From an uncultured delta proteobacterium (GTDB lineage: Bacteria; Desulfobacterota; Syntrophobacteria; Syntrophobacterales; Syntrophobacteraceae), in NCBI GenBank assembly GCA_963795045.1, contig CAWCGB010000008.1, forward strand, positions 371,308 through 435,307: a stretch of DNA of 64,000 nucleotides. The letters are read 5' to 3'. A program made the position numbers and the translations under genes. The notes under the pieces were generated by a model that searched no databases, was not told the origin of the DNA, and saw only the letters and a list, made by a program, of their open reading frames with translations. Below, one piece after another: positions 28,217 to 37,772 of the stretch; the first letter of the stretch is position 1; every line of letters starts with the position of its first letter.

Positions 28217-29614
28217 ATGGAACCTGTAATCACCCGATTTCCTCCCAGCCCTACGGGATACCTGCACATAGGAGGAGCCCGCACCGCCCTGTTCAACTGG
28301 CTCTTTGCACGCAATACGGGCGGTAAATTCATCCTCAGGATCGAAGACACCGACGTGGAACGATCGACCGAGGAGTCCGTGAAAGCCATCATAGACGCTA
28401 TGGAATGGCTGGAGCTTACCTGGGACGAAGGCCCTTACTTCCAGACCAAAAGGTTGGATGTATATCGCGAATATGCTCAAAAACTGGTGGATGCAGGCCA
28501 CGCCTATTGGTGCGAATGTACTCACGAGGAGCTCGAAAATCGCAGAACAGCGGCAATGGCCGAAGGGCGAAAGCCGAAGTATGAGGGGACCTGCCGCCTG
28601 AAAAACCTCGGCCCCGGCCCGAACAGGGTGCTCAGGTTCCGGAGCCTTGACAGCGGCATGACTATTCTAAGAGACATCATAAAGGGCCCTATCGCCTTCG
28701 ATAACTCCGAGCTGGACGACCTCGTAATCTTGAAAAGCGACGGTATTGCCACGTACAACTTCGCTGTCGTCGTGGACGATATCACTATGGGGATCACGCA
28801 CGTGATCCGCGGAGATGATCATGTGAACAACACCCCCCGGCAGATTCTGATATACCAGGCGCTGGGAGCAAACCTGCCCGAGTTCGGCCACGTGCCGATG
28901 ATCCATGGCGAGGACCGCTCGCCTCTGTCAAAGCGCCACGGGGCGACTTCGGTCATGGAGTACAAGAATATGGGATTCCTTCCCGAAGCCCTGCTGAACT
29001 GCCTCGTGCGGCTGGGCTGGTCCTTCGGCGATCAGGAGATCTTCTCCCGCTCCGAGCTCATAGAAAAGTTCACGCTCGAAAATATCGGAAAATCTCCAAG
29101 CATCTTTACGATGGAAAAGCTGCTGTGGCTTAACGCGCACTACATAAAAGAAAAACGCCCTGAGGATATCGTTGAGATCCTCAGGCCCTTTCTGGCCCAA
29201 CGAAATTATCCTGACAAGCCCGTTGGCTACATTGCCGGCGCAGTTCGCACCCTTCAGGCCCGCTCGCGCACGCTGGTCGAAATGGCCGATGCCATGCGGT
29301 TCTATATGGTGGATGAAATCGAGTTCGATCCCGATGCCGCAGGAAAGTTTTTGACATCCGAGGTTCGAGAGACTTTTGTCCGGCTTATCTCTGAATTGTC
29401 CGGGCTGGAAGTCTTTGACGAAAAGAGTCTTGAACCTGTTTTCAGAAAGATCGCGGCGGACCTGGGAATGAAGCTTGGCAAGATAGCCCAGCCGGTCAGG
29501 GTGGCCCTGACGGGCGGAACGATAAGCCCCGGCCTTTTCGAGATAATAGAAGTCCTCGGAAAAGAAACCGTGTTCAAGCGCCTCCGAAAGGCCCTGGACT
29601 ATATCCAGGGATAG
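28217..29614 (+). CDS. gltX: Glutamate--tRNA ligase
   Basis: ORF 28109..29614. ATG 28217 gives MEPVITRFPPSPTGYLHIGG (HIGH motif). KMSKS-like LSKRHG. Confidence 0.95.
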   Translation: MEPVITRFPPSPTGYLHIGGARTALFNWLFARNTGGKFILRIEDTDVERSTEESVKAIIDAMEWLELTWDEGPYFQTKRLDVYREYAQKLVDAGHAYWCECTHEELENRRTAAMAEGRKPKYEGTCRLKNLGPGPNRVLRFRSLDSGMTILRDIIKGPIAFDNSELDDLVILKSDGIATYNFAVVVDDITMGITHVIRGDDHVNNTPRQILIYQALGANLPEFGHVPMIHGEDRSPLSKRHGATSVMEYKNMGFLPEALLNCLVRLGWSFGDQEIFSRSELIEKFTLENIGKSPSIFTMEKLLWLNAHYIKEKRPEDIVEILRPFLAQRNYPDKPVGYIAGAVRTLQARSRTLVEMADAMRFYMVDEIEFDPDAAGKFLTSEVRETFVRLISELSGLEVFDEKSLEPVFRKIAADLGMKLGKIAQPVRVALTGGTISPGLFEIIEVLGKETVFKRLRKALDYIQG

Positions 29615-29645
29615 ATGTCTAAAATTCCGTTTTAATTATGAACGC

Positions 29646-30263
29646 CTACCGGCTGGGCCCCGTCACATAGAGCCCCATATCGTCAGGCTGGCTGGAATTC
29701 AGCTCGTCGTTGGATTTATCCAGCGTTTCGACTACCGAGTAGATTTCCGTCCCCTGTTTTGCGCGGCCCGCCGACGCTTCCATCACTACGGCGGTAAGAT
29801 ACATGGACTGTACCGCCAGCAGCTTTTGGCGGACAGCCGCTTTTTTTGCCTCCAGCATGCTGCACTTGTCCGCAAGGTAGTAATAGTCTTCCAGGGTCTT
29901 CTTCCAGGAGGTCTTCCACTTCAGGTCCCACTCGGAAAGCCGGGACTCTACGCCCTCTATCTCCACCTCATTGTCCGGGTCTTTCAGGCCTGGAAACTCC
30001 AGCAGAATCTGCTCGAATTCATTCCACCCGGGCCGGCCGCGGAATTCTTTAATTTCCTCGAGCGCTGAATCCAGTTGGCTATGAAAGACCGACAACTGCT
30101 CTTTTGCATCGTGAAGCGCCCTGTTTGCTTCCATCAGTTTGGCTTCAGCTTCGGGAGGGCTGGGCGGGACACCGCCTCTACCCGTCAGGCCGGCGCATCC
30201 TGAAAGAGCTGCAATCAAGACAATACAAGATGTAATATAGCCAAAAGTTTTCCTGAACATCAC
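29646..30263 (-). CDS. Lipoprotein, coiled-coil rich, unknown function
   Basis: Lipobox LSGC after the signal peptide. Helical, charged remainder. Confidence 0.6.
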   Translation of the reverse strand: MMFRKTFGYITSCIVLIAALSGCAGLTGRGGVPPSPPEAEAKLMEANRALHDAKEQLSVFHSQLDSALEEIKEFRGRPGWNEFEQILLEFPGLKDPDNEVEIEGVESRLSEWDLKWKTSWKKTLEDYYYLADKCSMLEAKKAAVRQKLLAVQSMYLTAVVMEASAGRAKQGTEIYSVVETLDKSNDELNSSQPDDMGLYVTGPSR

Positions 30264-30408
30264 TCAACTCGCCTTTGCTAAGAGAATTTTCCCGATTCGG
30301 GCAGGCAGAAAAGGGAAAGGCAGGTAGAACTTTACCTTAACAATACTGTGTTAGTAGATGGAAAATACATCCTATACCTGATTTTCAAAAGGGAAAAATC
30401 AACTAATA

Positions 30409-30438
30409 TTGACCCATAAGATTATCCCTCCTTATAAA
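30409..30438 (+). promoter_or_regulatory. Sigma70-like promoter
   Basis: TTGACC (30409-30414), an 18-nt spacer, then TATAAA (30433-30438). Confidence 0.45.
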
Positions 30439-30444
30439 GTTTTG

Positions 30445-30512
30445 GTTTTTGGACCCCTTAATCATTCGCCCCGGAAAGCCAGGACCCCCCGCCCCTGGCT
30501 TTCTCCTTTTTT
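30445..30512 (+). ncRNA. Candidate ~70-nt small RNA or terminated leader
   Basis: Bounded by the promoter above and an intrinsic terminator. The terminator stem is GAAAGCCAGG (30474-30483) paired with CCTGGCTTTC (30494-30503), followed by TCCTTTTTT. The segment has no start codon or ORF. Confidence 0.4.
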
Positions 30513-30660
30513 GGCCCCCGTCATTTCCTCCTTGAGTTGCACGGCTCAGTATTCCTTTTGCAAAATAAGCTCTTATCGAGAAAGAGAAAATATTTCTTCG
30601 GCATGCGCTTCGCGGTTAGGATGGTTATCTTCCTATTAGATTTTGATTAGGAGGATAAAG

Positions 30661-30852
30661 ATGCAGGAAATATGGGAATATTTGCATGAGAAGCTTGATC
30701 GGGCAGCAGACCGAATCGCGGAGCTTCTCACAGGCTCACGAGTATACAGGGTGCGAAAAGTGAGAGCACGGGCCCCCGACGTTCGCAGAATTGTTGACGC
30801 TCGCCAGGCTAAGCGCCTTCACCCTTCCGGTCTTCCCTGTGATCGACATTAA
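30661..30852 (+). CDS. Small hypothetical protein (63 aa)
   Basis: ATG 30661 is 6 nt after AGGAGG. No recognisable domain. Confidence 0.35.
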   Translation: MQEIWEYLHEKLDRAADRIAELLTGSRVYRVRKVRARAPDVRRIVDARQAKRLHPSGLPCDRH

Positions 30853-30924
30853 ACCTCTCCGCGGGACTGGTATGGACCTGCCGGAATGGTAATGCGATAA
30901 CTGAACCAAACCTTAGAGCAGCAG

Positions 30925-30964
30925 AGACGAGAACTTTGCGTCGATTAAGGCAAAGTTCTCGTCT
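30925..30964. terminator. Hairpin between convergent genes
   Basis: 15-bp stem: AGACGAGAACTTTGC, a 10-nt loop, then GCAAAGTTCTCGTCT. There is no clear U-tract. Confidence 0.4.
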
Positions 30965-30991
30965 GTGCCGTCAGTTATGCCGAGAATGACC

Positions 30992-32203
30992 TTACTGCCA
31001 AACCTTTTCCCAGTCTATCGGATAGACATAGGATTTCTTCGCCACTTCTTTGGGCCACACGAGTTCGAGCCTTCCTTCTATCCATTGTACAAGGTAGGTA
31101 GGGAGCTTGTTCTGATTGTCCATCTTCTCATATTCCACGAATTTGACGGGTCCGAAAATCGTCATGAGATCGGTTTTGCTGAGCGATTCGCGGACATCGT
31201 CCCGGTCTAAAGACTTTGCCCTTTTGAGCGTGTCCGCGATCACATAGGCAGATGCATATCCTTCAGCCCCGTGGTATTCGGTGTCCATTTTGTATCTCTT
31301 TACGAATCTGTCGTAGTACTCTTCGGCGCCCGGATAGGGCAGGGTCTGATACCACAGTGTCGCTGAATAGACCATGTTTGCCGCTTTGCCCGCGTTCTCA
31401 CCGAACTCGGGCAGGGTAAAGCCTGCCCCGCCCCCAACGAAAATCTTCGGGGTGAGTCTCAACTCCATGGATTGCTTCATCAGAAGCGAAGCGTCCTTCA
31501 GGTAAGAAATCATATAGATCACATCAGGGTTCGCCTGCTTAACCCTTAACAGCAGGGGCTTGAAATCTACTCCGCCGCCCTGGTAGCCTTCATTCATTAC
31601 CACCTTGAGTTTCAGCTTGTTGCAGCTCTGCTGGAATTCCTTGGAACCCGAGGACCCGAAGTTCGTATTCTCATAGAGTATCGCCACACTCTGAGGTTTT
31701 ACGACTTCTGTCATGAAAGATTCGAGGGCTTCGGGGTAATCGCTTACCGGCTGGTTCAGGCGAAAAACATAATTCCACTTCATTTCCATGATCTTGTTGT
31801 CAGAACCGGTGGTAATCAGAAAGGGGATCCGGTTCTGCTGAGCAAGCCCGGCGATTGCAAATGTCTCGGAGCTGCTGTAACCGCCTCCGAGCATGACAAC
31901 CTTGTCCTCGGTGACCAACTTTTCCGCCGCGCTTCTTGCCACATCGGGCATGCCCATATCGTCTTCGTACAGGAACTCCAGCTTCTTGCCGTTTACTCCT
32001 CCAGCCGCGTTGATCTCTTCCAGAGCCATCTCAAATGACTTTTTCTCGATCTCCCCGAATTTTGCCTTCTCACCCGTCCCCGGCAGAATGATGCCCACTT
32101 TGATGGAGCCCTGGCAGAAAGCCGTTGACGGCACGAGCAGAGACAGAACCAAGGTCCAAAGAAGAACAAATCCGAGCCATCTTTTCATTATTCTCTTCCT
32201 CAT
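30992..32203 (-). CDS. ABC transporter substrate-binding protein (LivK/branched-chain amino acid type)
   Basis: Signal peptide and type-1 periplasmic binding fold motifs (IKVGIILPGTGE, VVMLGGGYSS). Confidence 0.85.
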   Translation of the reverse strand: MRKRIMKRWLGFVLLWTLVLSLLVPSTAFCQGSIKVGIILPGTGEKAKFGEIEKKSFEMALEEINAAGGVNGKKLEFLYEDDMGMPDVARSAAEKLVTEDKVVMLGGGYSSSETFAIAGLAQQNRIPFLITTGSDNKIMEMKWNYVFRLNQPVSDYPEALESFMTEVVKPQSVAILYENTNFGSSGSKEFQQSCNKLKLKVVMNEGYQGGGVDFKPLLLRVKQANPDVIYMISYLKDASLLMKQSMELRLTPKIFVGGGAGFTLPEFGENAGKAANMVYSATLWYQTLPYPGAEEYYDRFVKRYKMDTEYHGAEGYASAYVIADTLKRAKSLDRDDVRESLSKTDLMTIFGPVKFVEYEKMDNQNKLPTYLVQWIEGRLELVWPKEVAKKSYVYPIDWEKVWQ

Positions 32204-32206
32204 CGC

Positions 32207-33658
32207 TCATGAGCCGGAGAAGGCAACCTTTTCGAGTAAAAAATCCAATGCCTGTCTCGCTTTGGCCCTGTCCCGCACCTCATTGAGAATGACTGCCACT
32301 GCACAGACCCTGCCCGACGGACCTGACACATAGCCCGCAAAGCCGATCACATCGTTCAGAGTTCCGGTTTTACCCCTCACCGTCAGGCCCGGCTTGGACA
32401 TCCTTCGCCTGAGAGTGCCTGGCTCTCCGTTGGCCGCCAGGGATAAAATGAATTCTTCTCTTATTTCACTATCGTTCCAGACCGCGCAAAGCAGCCGGCA
32501 AAATGTTTCCGGGCTTACTCTGCAAAAACGGCTGAGACCGGACCCGCAATCCAGATTTCCGGTTCCAGCAGGAATACCTGCTTCACTGAGGGAAGTTCTG
32601 ACGATCGCAATTCCTTTTTCGGAGGTGCCGGGGGCGCCGGCCACATGGCAGCCAAGTGATTTCAGAAGCATTTCGGCCATGAAATTGTTGCTGTACCTGT
32701 TCATGCCGGATATCAATTCCTCGAGCTGAGGTGAATCATGGTACGCAATTACTTTGGCGCCGGGGGGCGCCGTCCCCTCTTTTGTATCGGCTCCCAGCAC
32801 CTTTACACCCGAACGCTCCAGGGCTGTCCGCATCGCATTGGCAAAAAGGCCTGCAGGGTCAGCCGCGTTGAACCGAAATTCTCGAACACGGCCCCCGCGC
32901 CCGGACGCCTGCCCGGAAAGCTGGAATTGTTCCTTGCCCTTTCCGTTGGCGCCTAGAGAAAGCAGCCGCAGCGGAGGCCCCCCCTTTTTTCCCGGACCAG
33001 CCTTGCCATTCACGAGGACATAGCCTGCCGCAAGGCCTGGATCGACGCTGAACGCCCCTCCGCCCTTAGCCGGGGTTGTGATCCTCACTGTCAGCGCGTT
33101 GTAGTCGATTGCCGCTGCCGAGACTACAGGGTTGTACATGCCCACGCAGTCGCTATCGAGGCAGATGCGCTCCGATGGTGGATCGAAAAAGCTGTTGTCC
33201 ACAAAAATGCCGCCCCGAATTTGCCTGATTCCGCTTTCTTTGATCGTCTGCGCCAACTGCAGCGCCTTCTCCGAAACAAAGAAAGGATCACCGCTTCCCT
33301 TTATCCAGATATCCCCTGAAACGACTCCTTCCACGGGCGCCTCGACCGCAAGCACTTTCGTCGTAAAGCGGAAAGAGGGTCCAAGCTTCTTCATGGCCGC
33401 ATAGCTTGTCAGCAGCTTCATGAGAGAAGCGGGAACAAAGGTATCTTTTGGACGGGACTGGCAGACAACCTCCCCTGATGAAAGCGATACCACAAGGACC
33501 CCTGCGGTGCCGGCAGCTTTGTCGATGCGCTCCATGGCTTGTTGAAAAGCGGCGGGGGCCTGGATTTGTGAAAGGGTCCGAATCTGAGACACGGCGGTGA
33601 ATACGGCCGTGTGCATGAGTAAAATCGACATACAAAAGATAAGGGAGAGCTTTCTCAT
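32207..33658 (-). CDS. dacB: D-alanyl-D-alanine carboxypeptidase/endopeptidase (PBP4, peptidase S13)
   Basis: Signal peptide, SxxK (PASLMKLLT), SNN (YSNNFMAE) and KTG (GKTGTL). Confidence 0.85.
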   Translation of the reverse strand: MRKLSLIFCMSILLMHTAVFTAVSQIRTLSQIQAPAAFQQAMERIDKAAGTAGVLVVSLSSGEVVCQSRPKDTFVPASLMKLLTSYAAMKKLGPSFRFTTKVLAVEAPVEGVVSGDIWIKGSGDPFFVSEKALQLAQTIKESGIRQIRGGIFVDNSFFDPPSERICLDSDCVGMYNPVVSAAAIDYNALTVRITTPAKGGGAFSVDPGLAAGYVLVNGKAGPGKKGGPPLRLLSLGANGKGKEQFQLSGQASGRGGRVREFRFNAADPAGLFANAMRTALERSGVKVLGADTKEGTAPPGAKVIAYHDSPQLEELISGMNRYSNNFMAEMLLKSLGCHVAGAPGTSEKGIAIVRTSLSEAGIPAGTGNLDCGSGLSRFCRVSPETFCRLLCAVWNDSEIREEFILSLAANGEPGTLRRRMSKPGLTVRGKTGTLNDVIGFAGYVSGPSGRVCAVAVILNEVRDRAKARQALDFLLEKVAFSGS

Positions 33659-33712
33659 GACGCTTTCGGTTTGCTGACAGGTCCAGTAATATCAATATGG
33701 TGTGCTAAACTA

Positions 33713-35005
33713 TTAACTTTGACTCTTCCCCAGGCCATCGAAAATCTCCCAGAATTCCGGAAATGATTTGCTGACGGACTCCGCCCCCTCTATGATCACA
33801 CCGTTGAGGCGCAGACCTGCTAGGGCAAAAGCCATCGCGATCCGGTGATCGTCGAAAGCCGAGATCGGGCCGGAGGGTGGTCTGAGTGGGGGCCCCCCAT
33901 GCACAATCAGCCCATCGGACAACTCCACCACGTCAACCCCGAGCGTCTTCAAGCCTGCCGCAACCGCCTTCAGCCGGTCGGATTCTTTTATTCGCAGGTG
34001 GGCCACGTTGCGGATGCGGGTAGTCCCGCTTGCAAATGCGCTCAACACACCCAGCGTAGGCACCATGTCCGGCATCTCATTCATATCGATATCGATGGGC
34101 AGGAGCCGCTCGGGTCCTTTTACGCAAACTCTTTCCGGTTCCCATATGACGCGGCAGCCCATTTTATCCAGGACATCCAGAAAACGGCAATCGCCTTGAA
34201 GACTCTGAGGCAAAACAGGTGAGGTTACTACCTCTCCGCCGGTGAGCGCGGCGGCGCCCCAGAAATATGAAGCTGAAGAACAGTCGCCTTCGACCGTGAT
34301 ATTGCCTGGCGCATAGACCTGGGGAGCAGGGATCGCGATCCGGTTGGAGGCCGGCCTCTCAAACCGGATTCCAGCCCCTTTCATCATTGCCAGGGTTATT
34401 TCCACGTAAGGCCAGGACGCGGCAGGCTCGGACCATTCCACCCGGACTTCTCCCCGCGCACCCGGAGCGGCGATCAGTATCCCGGATAGAAACTGGCTGC
34501 TTTCCGATGCGTCTACAAAAACATTCCCGCCGTCAAGTCCTGTGCTCCTGATCTCCAGTGGAGGAAACCCCGCTTTATCGAGCCAGCGAATTGAGGCCCC
34601 GAGCTTTTCGAGCGCTTCAGCGGCCGGGCCTACCGGGCGCTGCCGAAGACGCGGGGTCCCGTCCAGTAAGAATGTTCCAGCCCCCACCGGGATGACGGCG
34701 AGAAGAAGACGGGCACTCGTTCCGCTGTTTCCGAGAAAAATCGGTCCATCCGGCTGCCGCCATCGATATGCAGGTGGTATTACCCGTACCGAATCGCTGC
34801 TCCATTCGATTTTCGCTCCCAGGGCCTCCAGCGCGTTCGCGGTAAGATACGTATCCTCGGCCTTGAGCGGGTTGCGTATATCGCACGGTTCCTCTGAAAG
34901 AGCAGCCATTATGATCGCGCGGTGGGTTATGGACTTGGACCCGGGCAGCCGGATTTGCGCTTTTATTTTGGAAACGGGTTTTATCGCTTTAAGAAGATTT
35001 TTCAT
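33713..35005 (-). CDS. aroA: 3-phosphoshikimate 1-carboxyvinyltransferase (EPSP synthase)
   Basis: LPGSKSITHRA, LGNSGTSARLL and DHRIAMAFALAGL. Confidence 0.95.
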   Translation of the reverse strand: MKNLLKAIKPVSKIKAQIRLPGSKSITHRAIIMAALSEEPCDIRNPLKAEDTYLTANALEALGAKIEWSSDSVRVIPPAYRWRQPDGPIFLGNSGTSARLLLAVIPVGAGTFLLDGTPRLRQRPVGPAAEALEKLGASIRWLDKAGFPPLEIRSTGLDGGNVFVDASESSQFLSGILIAAPGARGEVRVEWSEPAASWPYVEITLAMMKGAGIRFERPASNRIAIPAPQVYAPGNITVEGDCSSASYFWGAAALTGGEVVTSPVLPQSLQGDCRFLDVLDKMGCRVIWEPERVCVKGPERLLPIDIDMNEMPDMVPTLGVLSAFASGTTRIRNVAHLRIKESDRLKAVAAGLKTLGVDVVELSDGLIVHGGPPLRPPSGPISAFDDHRIAMAFALAGLRLNGVIIEGAESVSKSFPEFWEIFDGLGKSQS

Positions 35006-35831
35006 TTACGGCTTCTTCCAGGGCCTGTCGCATCGCCTCGATAGCGGGAGTTTCGAAGATCGGACGTTCCAACCACCATTCGAGTTGAGCTGCCCCCTGG
35101 TATAGCAGCATGTCCAGACCGGATACAACCGTACACCCGGCGTCCGTGGCAGCTTTGGAAAAAGCGGTCGAACGGGGGCTGTAAATTATGTCCATTACTG
35201 TCATTTCGGGTTTGAAAAAGGAGTCGGAAACAATGGGGGTGGCTTCGCCGTCCTGAAGCCCTACAGAAGTGCACTGAACGACAATGTCAAAGTCCCTTAC
35301 AACTTTTGTCAGAGTGTTCAGCGGAATGAAATTGCTCTTGAGATGCCTGGATAGAGTCCGGCCCCGCTCGACGCACCTGTTAGAGATCGTAATTATTGCG
35401 CCGGCCCGCTTCAGGCCATAGGCCACCGCACGAGCGGCTCCTCCGGCGCCCAGGACAATAGCGTTGAGGCCTGAGACCCCAACGACCGCCGAAAGGGCCC
35501 GCAAAGCCCCGATCCAGTCGGTATTGCGCCCTTCCCAGCCATGGTTCGTTCTGCGCAGGGTGTTTGCGGCCCCGATCTCTTCAGCCGTCTCGTCGATTTG
35601 TTCGGCCAGCCGGCATGCCATCTCCTTGTAAGGAATGGTTACGCTCAGTCCGCTGAAGCCGGTTTTGTGCAAAAGCTTTAGATCGCAGTCAAGCTCATCG
35701 ACATAGAAAGCGGCGTAAAGCGCGGGAATATCGAGCGCCTTGAAGCACGCGCTCATCATGAGTGGACTGAGACTGTGGCGCACCGGGTTTCCGATAACCG
35801 CGAAAAGCTTTTTTTGTTCGGGTCTGATCAT
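34989..35831 (-). CDS. aroE: Shikimate dehydrogenase
   Basis: FAVIGNPVRHSLSP, GLSVTIPYK and VLGAGGAARAV. ORF track start is 35849 (TTG). ATG 35831 is the alternative. It overlaps the aroA start by 17 nt. Confidence 0.9.
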   Translation of the reverse strand: MIRPEQKKLFAVIGNPVRHSLSPLMMSACFKALDIPALYAAFYVDELDCDLKLLHKTGFSGLSVTIPYKEMACRLAEQIDETAEEIGAANTLRRTNHGWEGRNTDWIGALRALSAVVGVSGLNAIVLGAGGAARAVAYGLKRAGAIITISNRCVERGRTLSRHLKSNFIPLNTLTKVVRDFDIVVQCTSVGLQDGEATPIVSDSFFKPEMTVMDIIYSPRSTAFSKAATDAGCTVVSGLDMLLYQGAAQLEWWLERPIFETPAIEAMRQALEEAVNEKSS

Positions 35832-35923
35832 TTCTTTGCCGCCTTGCAAAAAGAGGCTCTGCGGGGCAAGCGTCGCTGCCGGTTTATCAAAATAGATTTA
35901 TCGAATACCAGGAATACTCGCCT

Positions 35924-36460
35924 TTACCGAGGCAAGGTTCCGTCCAACTGAAATCTCAGCTTTTTCCGAAGGACCTTCAGGTAATGCAGCAACTCCGGTT
36001 CACGATAGTCGGGATATGTCCAGGGAAGGGCCCGGTACGCGCCCTTCTGATAAATTAAAGTGAGGTCCGCATATATCCCGTTACGAAGGTAAATCCTGTG
36101 TGTAAAATTTTTCCCGGTAGCCAGAATGAAACGCTCAGCGCTGAGAAATCCCGGATCTATATTAACCTGCCGTTTGCCGTTACGTAACAGTCCGGCCTCA
36201 ATTTCGTTGGTGCGAAGCTTGATATCCGGCAGAGACTGCGGCGCTGCGAGTTCGAGAAAGCCGGCTGTCTGCCTGCGGATTTCCAGACCCATTTCTTCAT
36301 TGTAATAGGTTGTGTATGGAAAAGCTCCGGGGGAAGACAGAAAATCCATCGGTCCGAAATCCGATACAAGGGTATTGAGGGCTTGAATCTGAGCCCCGGG
36401 ATCACTGAACAGAAACCGGATTATGAGCTTTGCTGGGTAGGGTTCTGCGGGTTTACTCAT
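35924..36460 (-). CDS. DUF4416 family protein
   Basis: 178 aa. FPYTTYYNEEMG and the overall size match my recollection of DUF4416. Confidence 0.55.
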   Translation of the reverse strand: MSKPAEPYPAKLIIRFLFSDPGAQIQALNTLVSDFGPMDFLSSPGAFPYTTYYNEEMGLEIRRQTAGFLELAAPQSLPDIKLRTNEIEAGLLRNGKRQVNIDPGFLSAERFILATGKNFTHRIYLRNGIYADLTLIYQKGAYRALPWTYPDYREPELLHYLKVLRKKLRFQLDGTLPR

Positions 36461-36557
36461 ATGCCGGTAGGAGTATCGTCCGTCGCCCTAAAGACGGTGT
36501 TATGCAAAGTTGTCTTCATATTCCACGGAATTTTAGCCAAAGGACCCCAAACCTGCG

Positions 36558-36728
36558 TCAGTCGAGGGGTTTTGCTTCCTCGATCAACATGATCGGGATA
36601 TCTTCCCGAATTTCGTACATAAGCCGGCACTGCTCGCAAATGAGCCCGGTTTCATCTGTGTTTGGATGTATCGACCCCTTGCATTTAGGGCACCTGAGGA
36701 TTTCGAGAAGTTCTTTTCTTAAGGACAT
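36558..36728 (-). CDS. Trm112/UPF0434 family zinc-ribbon protein (56 aa, absent from the ORF track)
   Basis: My own translation is MSLRKELLEILRCPKCKGSIHPNTDETGLICEQCRLMYEIREDIPIMLIEEAKPLD*. CPxC...CxxC and IPIML are the family hallmarks. Confidence 0.8.
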   Translation of the reverse strand: MSLRKELLEILRCPKCKGSIHPNTDETGLICEQCRLMYEIREDIPIMLIEEAKPLD

Positions 36729-36745
36729 CCAATAGACTCCTCTAT

Positions 36746-37246
36746 TTAATCTGTTTGCACCGAAGACTCCGGTTTTTCTTCGAACTTGCGGGGAGTCTCC
36801 TGCCCATCATCATCGAGCATCTGGCGGAATGAGTCAAGGAGTGCGCGCATCCTTGCGCCGAACTGGATTCGATTCCGCCTCATCTCCGAGATTTCCTGTT
36901 CCATCCTGATAACGCGATTGCCTGCTTCATTCAGGAGCCCTTCTGCTTTGACTTCGGCCTCCGAGATAACCAGCTTGGCCTCACGCTCGGCGTTGGCGCG
37001 GGTCTGCTCCGCATTTTTTTGAGCGCTTATGAGCACGGCTCGAATCGTTTTCTCACGCTCCCTGTGTTCTTTTATTTCTGATTCCTGAGTCTGCACAACT
37101 CTTTTGAGGTTTTCATTTTCCTCGATGAGCCGCCGGAGCTCTTCGTTCATGTCCTGCAGAAAAGCGTCCACGTCGCCGGGATCAAGCCCCATCAGGCGTT
37201 TGCGAAATTTCTTCCCCTCGAGGTCCTGTATTTCCATCAAACTCAA
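36746..37246 (-). CDS. divIVA: DivIVA domain cell-division protein
   Basis: N-terminal IQDLEGKKFRKRLMGLDPGDVDAFL followed by coiled coil. Confidence 0.85.
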   Translation of the reverse strand: MSLMEIQDLEGKKFRKRLMGLDPGDVDAFLQDMNEELRRLIEENENLKRVVQTQESEIKEHREREKTIRAVLISAQKNAEQTRANAEREAKLVISEAEVKAEGLLNEAGNRVIRMEQEISEMRRNRIQFGARMRALLDSFRQMLDDDGQETPRKFEEKPESSVQTD

Positions 37247-37293
37247 ACTCCGAAAGTTCGCTCCCGCCCCGGGGGAGGCGGAAACAGAAAAGG

Positions 37294-37608
37294 CTAAGTG
37301 CCCATCATATAAGCCATTCTGGACAGGGTTGGCACGATGAACCGATCCAGAAACACCAGCACCAGGATAAGTATCATAGGAGTGAAATCTATCCCGCCTG
37401 TGTCGAACGGCATCAACCTGCGGATGCGATACAGGACGGGTTCGGTCACATTATAAAGGAACCGCACTATCGGGTTGTAGGGGTCGGGGCTTACCCACGA
37501 CAGAATCGCGCGGGCTATCACGATAAGCATGTATGTATAGAGGACGATGTGCAAAACCTCTGCCAGCGCTATGAGAAAATAGGAGATGATGAACATGTCC
37601 GGCTCCAT
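37294..37608 (-). CDS. yggT: YggT family membrane protein
   Basis: ARAILSWVSPDPYNPIVRFLYNVTEPVL motif and 2-3 TM segments. Confidence 0.85.
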   Translation of the reverse strand: MEPDMFIISYFLIALAEVLHIVLYTYMLIVIARAILSWVSPDPYNPIVRFLYNVTEPVLYRIRRLMPFDTGGIDFTPMILILVLVFLDRFIVPTLSRMAYMMGT

Positions 37609-37772
37609 GGATGTTGTGTTTGAGTATCGACTATCTGCACAAATTAAAACTTGAAACTACTTTTTTTCATCCGGCATGTCAACCAGGCAAAGCAACTTGA
37701 GGTTGACATTGGGCCCAAAAACAGGGATGAAAGGGCGGTTCGATGATTTCTATTTCCCGGGGGGCTTAGTGG

